The notes beneath the pieces were generated by a model, which saw nothing but the letters and a program-made list of their open reading frames with translations, made no database searches and was not told the DNA's origin. A stretch of 63,986 bases of DNA, filler included, from Gonapodya sp. JEL0774 (taxonomy: Eukaryota): assembly GCA_027604505.1 (NCBI GenBank). It is 9 parts of 9 records of this genome, joined end to end, with 100 filler letters (N's around TTAATTAATTAA, not from the genome) between each part and the next. Parts side by side here need not be neighbours in the genome. Positions count along the whole stretch, not along the records: positions 29,220 to 36,406 come from JADIIX010000525.1; positions 36,507 to 43,688 come from JADIIX010000526.1; positions 43,789 to 50,948 come from JADIIX010000527.1; 6 more parts are not named here. One strand, written 5' to 3'. Position numbers and translations under genes: made by a program. Positions 34,327-48,996 of this stretch are shown here, in pieces; within the stretch, counting starts at the first letter, position 1; the number at the start of each line of letters is the position of its first letter.

Positions 34327-36406
34327 GCAGGTTGGGTAGAGTCTGCATCGAGCGGTGATTTTAACCAACGACTTATTGAGAACGTAGAAATTGATAGACT
34401 TGATATTTTTTTAGATTTGTCTCACGTTATTAAGAGACATTTGGCAAATGCCAATTTTCAGAATGTGAGGATCCCGCGGTGAACCAGATATCACCTACTC
34501 CCCCGAGTACTGTCTCCCCAAGTTCAGAGAACGTTCAACCAACATCACAATGAACTCAAAGCTCATATTCGTAGACTTGATGAATGTTATGAGATGATGG
34601 ACGTCGTGATTGGAGAATACGGCATCATGAATGACTGCGACACTTTGCTTCATTTTGCGATTTCACGACGGCCGTGACAGACTAAATTGGAGAATATCTT
34701 CACTGTTTTCTGGGCCTGGAACCCTCTGGGTCGCATGAACTGGGTCATCGGTTGGTTGATTTGCTATATGCCACCGACATCACAGCCTTTTTTGCCTCCG
34801 CCTTTTCTTACACAACCAGACTTTTGAGAGAGTTTTCAGTCGTTTGATAGTTTCCCGGTTCTCTTTCGTTGAAGAAGGTTCTATATCCACATGTGCTATG
34901 GAAATCAGAAATGATCAGTGCCAAAGCTCCGATGACACGTCATCCAATACTGATCACAAGTAACGCCCCGACCATGCACGAAACTACCGAGAGATGCTGG
35001 TTATTTCCATTTGAGCGTGCTGGAGCCCCTTTTGCGCGACCCGTGAGGAGTATGGAGTACGGACAACTTCGGTCATGGTACTACTGTCGCTAGATCTTGT
35101 TGCATGCTCACATTCACTGCCTCTTGCATCACATGGGCAGCATATTATATTAAAGTAGATTGTTACATGTTGCTATGCAGTGCTGATCTGATCCCGAAAC
35201 AGTAAAAACTGTCCTCAGGATGATGAGCTGAACAGCCGTATCGGGCAATCTCATAGTTCGTACATACACTTTTGGAAGCCGTTCTTACATCACTCAATTG
35301 ATCTGCCGGCAGCTCTTCATTTGAAATCTCAACGGACTGCACACTTGTCACTAATTGAACGTGCTGCCCAGTACACGTGCAATTTTCCACAGTGACGTAT
35401 AGTAGTATCCTCCACGCCATTATATTGCATCTTGTTCATACCAAAAGTTTCGACTGTAAACACATCCGCCTCTGATCTCTCAAGGTGATCACGCACACTC
35501 ACACAATTCCACACTATCTCATTATTGATGCTGTGAGCAGTTAAATTCGATCCCAGACTGTGTTTACGTATTGTGAGCATCTCCATCGGCACCAGTCTGC
35601 GTTTACGTAAAGTCCTTGTTTCTTTGCACCACTAGAGATGTCTTGGGTTATAATGATCTGCATTACTGAACCTGAACGCGAATGTGCAACTTTGCTTTGC
35701 CTCAATCTGCTACCTCACACGGTTCGTGATTTAGCTACGAGTAAAGATTGGTCTGCCTTCGGTTCGTAGAAGTGCACTATTGGCTCCATCTCTGACCGAC
35801 CACAGCAACTCTCCACCGACGTTTCGGAATTTACTGTATGTACACTTGAAGCGCGCGTTTGCACTCGCCAGTCTTACTTCGAACATGAACCTTGCATGGT
35901 CGACTAATTCTCAGAAATGACAGGACACGAAGCACACAAAGTAGAACGGTATGGGCCGTTTCGCATAATTATTTCATATGCGACGATAACACGGGAACTC
36001 TCTTTTTTGGTGAACGATCGAACTCTCCTGTTCTCCGTTTTCCATTCTCGGTGGTTCCGTTCTGAGGCCATTCGAAGGGCTTTGAGGCACCCATAACGGC
36101 GGAGCAAAACAAAGCATATTTCATACCATCCTCAACACAACAGCGCGCCTCCCAACAGAGCAATCAGTGAATCGTCAAGGCTGTTCAATCGATCTGTTGG
36201 AGCTACGGGGAATCTCCCTCTTCTGGTCCGGCCGACGCAGGACGACGCAGTCACGGTTGTCAGGTCGTCAGGTGTCTGGGAACTGTTTCGCGTGGCGTCG
36301 AACTTCCTCTAAATTCGTGGAGCCGCGGTTTCTGGAAAAGCACTGGGGAAAGATCTACAATGCGCGGGATGTTGAAACAGTATGTGGTACTTGCGATTCT
36401 GGGAGG

Positions 36407-36506
36407 NNNNNNNNNNNNNNNNNNNNNNNNNNNNNNNNNNNNNNNNNNNNTTAATTAATTAANNNNNNNNNNNNNNNNNNNNNNNNNNNNNNNNNNNNNN
36501 NNNNNN
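36407..36506. other. Artificial contig spacer
   Basis: 44 N + TTAATTAATTAA + 44 N. Confidence 0.99.
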
Positions 36507-38185
36507 TTCTCCTTCTTATAAAACATAGCGTTCGTAAGTCTCTTGTGATCCCGTTCCCCAAGATCCGGGGCCGCTCCAAGGGCTCCTTCGGTTCCAGCCG
36601 CATCACGATCATCGTCTTCAGGTGCGGGGTTCTCCTCACCGAGTACAAGTTGTCCATTTACGAATTTGGCGGAGGGAGTGTTTGGAGCAGAAAAGCCGGC
36701 AAGTGGTTCGGGAGCGGGCCTGGATGGTGACGGCAAATTCGCCCACTGCTTGTCCACCAGCGCCTGACCAAGCGCCTCACCCTCCACCATATCCACCTCT
36801 CTCTTTTTCCCCTCCTGCTCTTCTTTTTCCCTCTTCTTTTTCTCCCTGGTCGCCTTCGCCTTCTGCCTGGCGGCCTTCTCCAGCTCGAGTTGCCGGGTAG
36901 ACTTGATCTTGGCCGGGTCCTTGGCGATGAGATCTGTGAAAGTGAGGTGGGCGATCTTGGCAAGTGGATCGTGTCTGGCTTCGTCGCCTTCTTCGCACGG
37001 TTCGAAAGCTTCGGTGGCAGAGGGATCGGGTGGGTCGTTGGAAGATGCAGGTACATTTGGGGCGGTTTTGAATGATTTGGGTTTTGGAGTGCGCGGGGCA
37101 GTTCCCTTGAGGGGCTTCGACGGTCGGCCGCGGGGACGGTTTGCGGGAGCGGTGGTGGTGGTGGTTGTTTCGCTCTGCTCTTGTCCTTCGTTGTCCTCGA
37201 CAATGTTCACGTCCGCAGAGCTTGCACCGGCGCTAATTCCGGCTCCGCCATTACTGCCTGGTATTGCGATGGGCTTCCCAGCTGGCCGGCCACGACGGGG
37301 CTTGGGAGTTGTTGAGGTGTGAGTGGCGTCCTTGGCAGAGGCATTTTGTACTGATGTACCAGCACCCCCGTTAGAGTCAGTGTCACGCACAACTTGCTTG
37401 CCTTTTTCAGAGGCAGCGTTGCGTTTCTTGCGGGCGGTGACGGGCGCCTCGCTTTCGTCGTCATCTGCTTCAGCGTCGCCTTCGTCCGTGCTGACTACTC
37501 GCTCATTGTCAAACGTCCCCACAGAAGGAAGGGCAATTAACTTGCCGGGAGGGCGTTTCCGTTTTTGAGGAGACGAGGAGGTGGGCGTAGAGGCCTTATA
37601 TAATGAGTCACCGTTTTGTGGATCAGATTCCAAAGCGGTCGCGGTGATTTCAGGGATGGCCGAGGGGTGAGCTGGGCGGAGCTCCTGCTGTTTCCCTGTT
37701 ACATCAGAAGACTCTGCCGATTCTGTCGTCACAATCGGTGCAGTCGCATCGTCCACGTCGTCGGTTTCGGGTCTTCGAGCCCGGACGATTTTCGGTGGAC
37801 CGGCAAAGGCAGGAACGGCTGCAGTATCCGGTACATGGTCGTTAAGATCCGCTGAATCTATAGGCACATTTACTGTCTGTTGAGTCAGGTCACGATGCGG
37901 TTGGGTTGAATCGACTGCTGTCCCCGATCCTCCGTCGATGGCATCCTGCAGGTCCGTGGCGACAGAAGGGGCGGGCGATGCGCGACTCGAATCAGCTGCC
38001 GCTATCGCTTTCGCCTTGTTTCCGGCTCTGGGAGCGAATTTGAGACCGGTCGAGCGGCCTATGCAAAGATTCGAGGATTTGAAAGGAATAAGTACGTCAT
38101 CGGTGGCAGGGAATACAAGAAAGAATGTCACATTATACAGGCAAAACTGACCGACTCTTAGGGAGGGAATCGCCACTGGATCCAT
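36507..38185 (-). CDS. BDP1: TFIIIB subunit B'' (Bdp1), 3'-partial, cut just before the SANT domain
   Basis: N-terminal KFAPR, long disordered region, TFTDLI..D..STRQ, P..KFVNGQLVL.EE and RLTNAMFYKK, matching the pre-SANT motifs of fungal Bdp1. Confidence 0.7.
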
Positions 38186-38564
38186 CGATGTAGAAGGTCT
38201 GACGGTCTTGCGATGTTGGATGGTGAATGCTGCGGTCACTCTCTGATCCAGTCACCCATCACTGAGTCCTTCTGTTTGGGGCCTTCAATATAAAACCAAA
38301 AAACCGGGTGTCGTTCCCCTTCGCTGGGTGCACTTTCGCTGATGGTGCGGTAAAAGTGTTTTCAAGGATGAGGAGCGCGTGAATGGGCTCGATCGATGGA
38401 CGGATCGATGGATGCCTGGGCATCGACTTCGCAACCACGATCCACCACGTGGTCACCACTCGATCCCTTCTCCTCCCCGCTCTCTTGACTCGCGACTCTT
38501 TCGGTCGACTCAATCCAGGTCACTGCGGTCACTGCGGTCACTGCATATCCTGATATCTGGGCCG

Positions 38565-41500
38565 ATGCAGTCGCCTTCAATCTTGAGTCCCTCACTCCAC
38601 AGACCCTCAGTCTCTCCAACGGACCAAACTGCGTCTTCAATCCACCCATCCATTTCAGAGACAAGCTCAACAAGTTCTCACTCCCTTCAAAGACTCGATG
38701 CGACGGAACCCACTCCCAATGAAACACACACGTTACTCGCACACAACCCAGCACCGTCCTCCCCTGGTTCCCATTCACTCCACCCGCTCTCGTCTCCAAC
38801 GCCCACGCCCACCTTTCCCTCTGTCACTTCTTCTATCCCGCCTTCTATCTCCACGTCTTCTCCAATCGTCCGCGCTCCCACTCCCTCCTCCATCGACCGC
38901 AAGATACAACACTACACCTCTCCCCGACTCTACTCTTCAAAGTCCCAGTCGTTTGAATCTTTGGCGGAGCTTGCGGCGATGGATGGCCTGTCAGAGGGGG
39001 GCCCGTCTGAAATGATGAAAGAGGGACCTAACACAAGGTCCACTGACAATTTGATGGGGGAAGAGCATGGTGACGAAGGTATGGGAGGGCAAAACGCAGA
39101 TGACCTTGCCGAGAAGGGAGACGACGTTGAAGATTTGGAAGGTGATGTAAAAACGCCTCCGCGAATTATGGGCGGATCCACTTGGTGCTGCGCGACGACG
39201 GCCCGACGGTGGACGTGCGGGTTCCTCGTCGTCATGGCACTCCTCGCCGTCATTGTGATTCCGTTGGTCATTTACGTGATCGGTACGTCAATCTCAGACC
39301 TGGAATGGTCGTGCCAGCCCGCCTCTCTAATTTGCTGCGCTCCGTTCCTCCGACAGTTCCCAAACTTGCACAATCCCTCAACACTTCTACAATCCAGCTG
39401 ACTGCTCTTGACATCAGTGTAAGACCACCATTCTTCACTCCACCATTCCCACCACCAATCTTCCGTGCATTTTATCACCTCCAGAACCCAACCGAGACCT
39501 CTGCTACACTATCCCTCACCGGCCAGGTCTCCAACACCGGAATCTTGACCTCACGAGTCGTGTTTGCAGATGGGTTGGAATTGTGGTACATGGGGAATCG
39601 GATAAGTGAGTTCTGTCGGGAGTAGCCGTGGGTGCGGAGACTTCGAACGTCTTAAAAGTGGAGGGGTGATGGTAACACCGCCGGCACACAGCAACCATCC
39701 CCTTAGAACCCCTCGACATGACTCCAAACACAGTGTAAGTCCCTCCGCCGCCCCAACCTTTAACCTCCCCGCTGCACCCACATTCGCACGCAACACGTTC
39801 TCAGCATTGCCCTCACATCTACCGTACCCACAACCGTCTCTGCCACCTCCACACTCTCGGCGTTTCTATCCGATGCCCTCGCCCTCGAGACCCTCGAACT
39901 CCACCTCCGCGGATCCGCGGCAATCACCTTGGCAGGCGTCACGGTCGGAGGCGCCATTGTGGACAAGCGTGTCGCCTTCAAGGGTGGGTACCGGCCTTTC
40001 TGTGAAGCGGATCATGTAAAGTCGGCAATGCGCATGGCCTTACGCAAGGTCGTCTTATTTGAAAAGGGTTCGACTCGCTCCGCAATGCCAGTCTCAGGTC
40101 CTTTTCCTTCGCCACACCGGCGACAAACTCCACGTCTCTCGCCCTCTTCGCCACCGTCTTTTACTCTAACCCCAGCCCCATCTCTTTGGACTGTGGCACT
40201 CTCCCGCTCGACCTTGACCTCTCGGTGAATGGAACCCGCATCGGAACCGCACAGACCGTGGGCGTGCGACTTGTTCGTGGGGAGAACACGATCGAAGTCA
40301 AGGGGAGTGTCTTCGCGGGAGGAGAAATGGCGGGGGAGAGGGAGAGGGTGGAGAGGACGACGGAGTTGGTGCTTGCAGGGCGAGGTGGGTTCTCATGACG
40401 AGATTGAACCACACGTGCGATTCGATGGTGTCTTATCCATGAAAACTCTCCGTGTATGGCTGTTTGGATAGCGACCACTCTCACTCTCACCGGCGCCTCC
40501 GGTCCACTATACACCGTTGCACAACCCTCCTTATCATGGATCCGTACCGTAAGTTCCTTCGCCCCGCTGCTAACTCTCCCATCTAAACATTCCCGTTATG
40601 TTCTTCCAGGCTTTTGCTGGTTTGGCTGTTGACCTGACGGTCCCCGCACGGGATAAGTTGCAAGCAGTCCAAGGACTCGACGTTCCCTTGGTCACGCTCG
40701 TGTTCGATCCTGCGAATCCGTGGCAGCCGAGACTGTCGAGTCAAGGAGTGGTAATGAATATGCAGGTGCGATTACCTGAGGGACTCCTCCTCACCAGCTG
40801 AGGTTGACCCGTTTCAGGGGAATGCCCTGCCCCGCACCACTACCCCAGCTCCCCTCGTCCTCCATCTTTTCAAATGTCACTGCCATGTCAATGAACATCT
40901 CTGTGTTCCCTGTCGCTTCCAGAACGCCAGGAAATGAAACCTCCATACCTATCGGTACCTTAACAACTGGTTGGATTCCCGCAGCGTCAAAGTTCTCCCT
41001 CGATGGTATGGGAGCGAACGTGACTGCGGATCTAGAAGAAGTGGGCATTGTGGTGGCACAGGCAAGTACTTACACTGCGTTCGCGTTAGAGAGGGAGACT
41101 AAATGCATTCACCGCCATGTTCTCGGTGAACAATGTAGGACCAGCAAACGGCGTTTGCCGAGTTGATCAAGGCCGTGTTTGCTGGATCGGGACGCGTACG
41201 GGTTCCCATCTCGCTGCAAGCGGATGCGGTGGTGGGGACGTCAGCAGGTGATTTGATTCCTGTCCTCCGACAGAAGAGGAAGGAAAGCTAGAACTGACGA
41301 CACGTCCTATTACCCCGTTTCGCTGTCCAGGTACCGTTTCATTCTCCAAACTTCCATATTTGGGTGACTTTTCTTGGCAAGGCCTTGAGGGGCTGGTGTC
41401 GTCTGCACCAACGATGCAATTACTGGCCGTTACTGGAGGTACCGAGACCTACCTTGAAATGCAGATCACGATCAAGGTAGATACGAAAGTGCGAGTGGTG

Positions 41501-43688
41501 TGAGCACCTCGTTATAACGATATCCCGTCACCTAATCGACGCTTGATCTCAGGTCACGAACCCGAGTAACCTTGCGCTTGTCATCTACTCAGACGTGGTC
41601 CTGCAACTAGTTTACTCCGGCCAAGTCATTGGTACCGTCACGGTGGCCAAAATGAACCTCACCAGAGGCGAAAACATTCTTGTTGGGGCACTGTAAGTTG
41701 GTGTCCGGGTTGAGAGCACGTCGTTTTGTGAAACTGACATAGCTCTGCCGTCGACGAATGATACCAGTCGATACATTCCCATCACTGAGACCGCGAAGAA
41801 AATAGGTGGTCCCTTGGTCGCATCGTTCTTGAATGGTGATGCTTCGTCCGTCACTGTCCAGGGCTTCACCGCTTCGACTATGCTGGCCCCTTTGGTTCCT
41901 TTACTGTCGTCGGTCACGTTGCCCGTTACGCTGCCAGGAATGAATGTTAAGGCTAGTTTGATAGCGAACCTTCGAACGAATACGGTGGCGTTCGCTTTCG
42001 ATCGAAACAACCAGTGGACACCGAAAATGACGTTCTTGGGGATGGTTGCCGATTTGAAGGTTTACATTCAAGTGCAAGTCTCGAGTCTGACGCGAGATCT
42101 GAAGATATCGCACTCGTGTGTTCCAGCTTCCGTTTGCTCTACCTCTCACAATGAAGACTGTAGACCTCACGATACGCCTGCTTTCCGGGTCTTCTGTCAT
42201 GGGCGTTATGCAGACAGGTCCGATTCCCACTACGTCCACTTTTACTGGTACCAATGGGACTATGACGTTTGACTTGAACACAGTAGCTGTTGATGTTGCT
42301 CAGGTAAGTGTGTTCGACGAGGTGTTTAGAACTCTCAGAATTGCAATCATGTTAATCCTGCTTCCACAGAGTCAGCAGTCCTTGTTCACAGATTTCATGA
42401 GATCACTGATATTCGCAGTGGGTGCAGTCAGCCTTCCCATATCCTTGGAGGCGACCGCTGCAATAGCTGCGGTTGGCGGTGAGTTGTTGCCGCAAACAGC
42501 GAACAGGATCAAGAAAGATTCTAACAAAACTTGTACTCGCTATCAATTCATTCATATAGCCGATGTCGCTTTGACCAAGATTCCTTTCTCCACGAGCCTA
42601 GCGCTACAAGGAATGCAGGGCTTTGCATCAGCGCTTGAAACTCTCCAGTCCGTGACAATAGTTGGGGGTTCCACAGAGTATCTCGATATTCGCATAACCG
42701 CAAAGGTAAAATTTCAACAGTTAACGTATGCATGAATGCGGGTGACTGACTCTTCGCGTTTTGTGCTCTGACTGGAAGTCGAAAAATCCAAGCAACGTGC
42801 AGATAACCACAAACTCTGATACGAGGTTCAACCTTCTCTTTGCTGGTCAGGTAGTTGGAGTGATCATCATGCCTGACCTCCAGCTTAGTATTGGAGAAAA
42901 CACAATCAGCATCATGTTGTATGTTACTCGATAATTATCTCTTGGAGGTGGACACTCACAAAACCTTTCACTCATTCATTTCGGACATTTTGCAGTCAGT
43001 ACAAGCCACAGTCTGTTGATGCAGTCACAGCTGGGAATAAATTGCTCTCACAGTACTTTGGAATGGCCGATAGTCAGATGACCGCTCAGGGGTTGCCAGA
43101 CTCCAGTTTCATTGGTTCACTGAATCCAGCCTTCTCCGCACTGAATCTCTCAATGATACTACCAGCCAACAAGGCACTGCTCATTTCAGTAGTGCGAATT
43201 GGAAGCTTAAATGCATCAACGAATGCTTCTCGCACAAGTGAGTGGTTTGATCCTCGAGGAAGGCATCGCTGTGATTCTTGATAATTCTTATGCTTTGCTG
43301 CGTATCCAGATTTAGACATGGTCAATCCCACAGATGCCATACTCACAGTAACGCATATATCAGCTACCATTTATCAGGGAGTAAATACACTGGGGTCAGT
43401 GGATCGGGACACAATCTTTGTGATTCCTTCCAGAGGAACTGCTGTTTCTCCCGGTCTTGATCTTGCTCTGTGCGTTGAGATCTCGGCATGACCTACGTGT
43501 ACCGTTGTAACATGTTGCTGATTCAATTCGCAACTTTGTGATTCCTCCAGCTCGACCGACGCGACTGCTCTTCAAGACACATTTGATGCCTCTTCGGGAG
43601 TGTTGCAGGGAAACATTCGCATCACTAGACTGGAGCTTAAATTTGGGGACTACGCTGCAAATCTCACCTATTCTCAAGATGGGGTCTC
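38565..43688 (+). CDS. Large single-pass membrane protein with repeated DUF3712/LEA2-like domains (Tag1-like), 3'-partial
   Basis: TM segment CGFLVVMALLAVIVIPLVIYVI followed by VPKLAQS, then recurring NPS..L..G..IG..L..GEN modules over many short exons. Confidence 0.8.
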
Positions 43689-43788
43689 NNNNNNNNNNNN
43701 NNNNNNNNNNNNNNNNNNNNNNNNNNNNNNNNTTAATTAATTAANNNNNNNNNNNNNNNNNNNNNNNNNNNNNNNNNNNNNNNNNNNN
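43689..43788. other. Artificial contig spacer
   Basis: 44 N + TTAATTAATTAA + 44 N. Confidence 0.99.
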
Positions 43789-46700
43789 TGGATTCACTAG
43801 AGGCTGCTATGTTCACAGCGCTTGGAATTGTGGATTTAACTTGAGCGGAGGGCTCGACTTTCGGTACCGTGGTCTCCGCTTTGGACTGGGTAGGTTCAGG
43901 TTCGACCGTTGAAGGCTGGTAGGGAGTGATCTGAAATATACTAGCGGCAGAAGTTGGAAAGATCTGAGACTGTCGAGACTGAGATGGTTGCGAGGCTGCA
44001 GTAACTTCTAACACAGATGTGCGCCGTGCCGCCTTCTCCTGGAACGATTCGGGCGACACGTCCTCTCGGGACGAGGATTTGGAACTACTAGTCTTGGACG
44101 CTTTCTCAAGTTTTTCCGATTTTGGTACTTTGCGACTCTCCTTTTCCATCTGCTCCACTGATTTCCGGGTGTCGCCTCCGTGGGTGGACTTTCGTCTTTC
44201 CTCTTTCTCGGCCTTTGCTTCTGGTGTATCTTTAGACTTTCTCTTTGACTTGCCGCTGCTCTCCTCCTCACGTTCTGCTTGCCGGCTCTTTGACCTTGGA
44301 GGTCTTGTATCATCGTCGGCATCCCGGGACTCAGGTCCCCTGCTCTTTGACCTCGGTTCTCGCTCCTCCCGGGAGTCTGGGGCTCGACTTTTGGATCGCG
44401 CACGGCTAGTCTCTTCGTCCTCTCGCGAATCCGACTGCCGACTTTTCGGTCGTGCCCGTCTATCGTCCTCATCGTCTCTCCCTTCAGATTGTTTACTCTT
44501 TGGCCGGGTGCGTATCTCGAGAATTTCCTCCTTGCCATCGACATGCGCACTCTTTGGCTTAGCGGCTTTTTGTAGATCAGTGTCAAAGTTCTCATCTCCA
44601 TATTTGCTTTTGGGTCGCTGTTTCCGCCCGGGATCTTCGGATAACCTAGCCGGAGGTTCGTACGCTTGCCGCAGCCACGAGCTGGCATCTGGGTGCATGT
44701 GACCGATCTCAGCAAGTAAGTCCCCAACGTTGGAACCTTTACCGACAGATAAATCCACAGGCTGCGAAATAATTGACGATTCCGATTCCGCCCGTCTCAT
44801 TTGCTGTCCATCCGCAGAACCACTGTCCTTTCCTTGACTCTTTCCAGACCCGACTGAGTTCGAAGTATCCGCTCTCGCGTAATACTTCTCCGACGAGGGT
44901 ATGCTTGACCCTAATGAGGTCACTGTGTCCTCCCGACGCATCCTCTCCTTTCGCGGCGGCGGTTGCGGGAAAGAATCATCTGGGAACTCTGCCCCTTCAA
45001 ACTGCTGCCCGAGCCCAACTTCAGGCTTTGCCGGGCCATCTGTTGGTGGTGGTGGGAGTGCCTTGGGTCGTCTTTTACGTAAGTTAACCGAGTCTGTACC
45101 ACCAACGCCACTTGCCGTCGGCGGGACCATTGGAGATATAGGTGGTTGCTGCGGTTGGGATCCAGAATTCCTTTGAAGGCTTTGACTAAGAGCTACATAC
45201 CCAGGTGCGCCGGCGGAAGCTCCTCGTGGTGGCACATGGGAAGGATATACTACGGGGGAACTAGGGACTCCGGCCCCACTTCGTGTCGGTGTGGCTGGTT
45301 GACGATCGTCCGGGTGTCCTTGAGTGGGCGTCATGGGTATTCGGTCATCCCTCCATGCTGGTGGTTGTTGGTTGTATCCCGGTGTCATTGGTGACGCGAG
45401 ACCTTGCTGCTGCTGCGGCTGCTTCCAATACTCCTGCAACCCGCCAGTAAATGTGTGTGGTTGTTGCATTTGCCCAGAGGCATCCATACCCACAGGCCAG
45501 CCTTCAGGGCCTCTTTTCTTACGATCCTCCTCCCCTCTCTTCATCTTTTCCCTGTCCGCCTTCTCAATTTCCTGCAACATCGCCACGGCCACTCCATTGT
45601 CTAAACCACAATAATCTGGTACACTGGCTGCGCAGTGCGAATGAGCAGACACTCCACAGTCAATACACTTTCTGGTTTTCTTGCGGCCAACTGGTAAAAG
45701 AGAACCACAATGCACACACCACGTAGGTGCGATTGTGGTCGAGGGTTCGAAGCGGTGTGGAATTCGGTGCTTCATCATGGCGGTATTTGCTGGTAGACTG
45801 GGCTCTTCGGGTGAAAGCTTTTTGGTATTGATATGCCAGAAGATATTGGCGAAACGTCAAAAATTCATACACGTTCAGTCGCTTGAGTTCTGAAATTAAC
45901 ACGATTCTCTTTGGCTACTCACTGGTTGATCTTGTTCTTTTGTGACACACGGAGCGATAACTTTCTCGTGACAGCCCTTGTGACACGTGTAGTTGCAGTC
46001 TAAAGCGATTCCCGCGTGAGAGCATCAGTCGATACAATGTGTTCAGCGAGAAATGGGGACAAAGTAATGCAACCATTGTGCGTCAATCATACTCAAATAA
46101 TCGTCACCATACGACTCACCGACACATCCATAGCCCTGTCCTGTCACGAGAAACTCCCCACAAAGTGCACATTTCATAACTTGGTAGTACTGCCGAGGCT
46201 CGAAACGGTGACCCTTCCTGTGGAACTGTTTGCGCACTCCAGGAAGACGGGAAAGCGCACCGTCGGGATTACGAGCACGCCGGCGTGTAGGATCGGATAC
46301 TGTGTTCGGGATCAGGTACACGCATTTGAAGGGTTTGCCTCGAGGAGATCATATTTGATTGAACCGCTCACTCACCAAAACTCAACTCGACAAGAGCTTG
46401 ACCAGCCGGCTCCATTTCCAGCCAACAAGCAAAACCGCCACCTCTTTTATCCTCGTCCACCATCCCACGGTTTACACTGCCACTCCTCGCTGCCATGTTC
46501 GCCGCTGCCTCCTCTGGGGCTAACCCCCGCTCGCTCAACACCGCGCTGTTGGCCTCGGGCACGTCCGGCTGTCCCGCCCCACCGGCGAGTGCAACTCTAC
46601 GTGCTTCGTCCTCCACTTCCGACAACTTGAACCACACCATGCTCAGCACTTGCACCCCGCCACCTTCCATCATCTCGCAAACTGCGATCTCCACTTCTCC

Positions 46701-48053
46701 ATCCCGATCAACATCCATGACCAGCTGCTCACCAGTCCACGAACCCGCTCGGTTTGGTGTAGTTGATGCCCGGTGGGCGTTGTCAAGGCGTACCGTGATG
46801 AACAGAGGGGTGGAAGAGGAGGCTCGGCCGGGTACGGAGTGAAGGGAGTGAACGGTGAGATGGAGTTTGCCAGTCATGATACGGCGGGTACCGGGCGCTG
46901 GGGGAGGGGGATCTGGGTGTGACCGGAAGAATGGTAGACACAACAGTTAGACCAGGTGATGGAGCTACATAGCACCCGACATGGAGCATCAACTGTCGTT
47001 GGAACCTTGTTGGTTCTTGTTTTATCTCCCGAGCGCCCTTGATGATCGTGCAGACCCACCTTCATCGTCTTCACCGGACGTGTCCACCCAAACCGCGTCA
47101 TATCTTGCCCTAGCCTTCCTCAAGAGTTCAACTTTTCGTCCACTCTGTTTCAGTTTATCGACCGTTTCCTCCATCATCTTCTTGCTATCTGCCGTGGTGA
47201 GTTTGGACAGGGTCTCACGGAGCCGTTCTGTGCCGGACTTGACCTTGGTTTCGACAGAGAGTTTGAGGTCGATGAGGTGACGACGATGGCGGATTTTGAG
47301 GTGTGAGAGTGGCGTCGCGGGTTTCCAGTAGTCTGAATTGGGGTAAGGACGGGCACAGTGAGTACAGTGAAGTTTCCAGACGTGAGAACTTAGGCAACCC
47401 ATTTGTCCATGTGAATCCATTCATTCCAGGGCATGTGTAACCCTTGACCATCACTCCATTCGAACGTGCACAAGAAAGACGTATCGTCACTGGGACAACT
47501 CCATCAAGAACTATCGCGTTCCTATGAGTCTTGTGATTTTCATATTCAACTTTGAAAACTCGCGGCACAACCTCGTCCGCTCCTCCCCTCCATAATCCAG
47601 GAGCTACTACTCACCAAATTCGCTAACAACATTCGACCCATCACCGACACCGGCGAATCTCAGTTCTGGCAGTGGTGCGCGCGGCCCACCGACCGCTGAT
47701 CCACCCTGCCCGAAACTTATACCACCAACGTTCCCCCCGGCACTAGGAACGTAAACAGCTCCACCACCAACGGCCGGTCCACGGCGCCTCTGATCCGCTC
47801 CCGTGCCGTTGAGGGGCACGCCATAACTGTCCACGTCGGGTCCTGCGGAGGGTCCCCTCCTGTTCCGTCTCAGCAGTCGGTCCTTTTCCAATTCCAGGTA
47901 ATCTATACGCGCTTGCGCGTCACGTATTGTTTGATCACACTGGGCAACAAGGGACGCATCGGCAATGTGAGGCCTCATGGTCTGTGCTCCCACCAACACA
48001 TGCTTCTCCTTCGCGATTTTGCGATCGAGGTCTGCGAGTTTTTCGTCCGCCAT
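43789..48053 (-). CDS. PKC1: Fungal-type protein kinase C regulatory region (HR1-HR1-C2-C1-C1 plus long linker); kinase domain not in window
   Basis: HR1a (IAKEKHVLVGA..ARIDYLE), HR1b (KLSVETKVKSG), C2 (MTGKLHL..W.EMEPAGQALVELSF), C1a (GHRF..YYQVMKCALCGEFL) and C1b (HRIPHRFEP..WCVHCGSLLP..VPDYCG). Confidence 0.92.
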
Positions 48054-48996
48054 GGTGAGTTCCCAGCTTTCCTTGAAGGACCAGGATGGTTTTTTGACTG
48101 CTTAACAAGTGGGAGCTCTCAGTTGTGACCCAGTTGTGGAGCTTCAGTCTGCTGCCGACTCTTCTTTGGTGAGAGAAGCTATCTTCGGAGCCCAAATGAT
48201 GCTGGTAGTCAAAGAGTAGCAAGGACAACCTCTGGCCCCAGTGTATGCCTTTTTTGGCTTGACGGACCCTCTAGCAGTGCTCGTGGTGATCTGAACGGAC
48301 TGCCTGTAAAGTTCGGGTCCCCGGTCACCTTCCCTGTTGCCCCGATAATTGCTCCCTGAGTGCGAAAATACGTCTTTCTACGATGGCTGGAAGGACTGGT
48401 CGCGCCTTGGACCGCCGAAAAGTCGGGGATACGATGGGATGGGTGTTGGTTTTCAAGAGGGTTGTGGTGGACAGATGCCAGGAAGTTCGCCACACGGACT
48501 CGCGAATTCGCGAATTGAACGGTTCCCCATCATACTTACTCTACAATTTTTTTTCACTCCTGGTGGGAGTCACCGTGAGCACCTTACTTTCCGACGTCTC
48601 AATACACCATCACCCCGACCTGATCCGTTGCTTGTCTGTATGATTGATCTATTTCAACGTTATTCGAAAGGGTAGGTCCTCAGAAGTCTTCTGTGTTCAT
48701 TTAGTCTGTTACGATATATCCTGGCCTCGAGCATTAATGACGAGTGTGGAATTACGTCACAACGCCAGTCCACCTTGATCTTGTTGATCTTTCTCCTACG
48801 AACCAAAATGGACGAAAGACTATGAAGATACTCAGAAGAGCAACTCAACATCTCCATTCTAGGATTTACACCTCCACTACATGAAATTATGACCGACTCG
48901 AGTGCTCGGGGTTCACGGTATTACTTTGGAAATCGTGCGTGGAAACGATTGCAATCGATTCTGTCCTTCCAGGAAAGTCACTCAAAACCACCGTTG

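Noticed and set aside
34450..36406. Short coding-like fragments downstream of the subtilisin
   Set aside because: Frequent stops, no recognisable family and an ambiguous strand. Not supportable without a search.
44008..44727. Long overlapping alternative-frame and antisense ORFs in PKC1 (similar ones occur in BDP1 and the subtilisin)
   Set aside because: These are expected by-products of GC-rich, low-complexity coding sequence, with no independent evidence.
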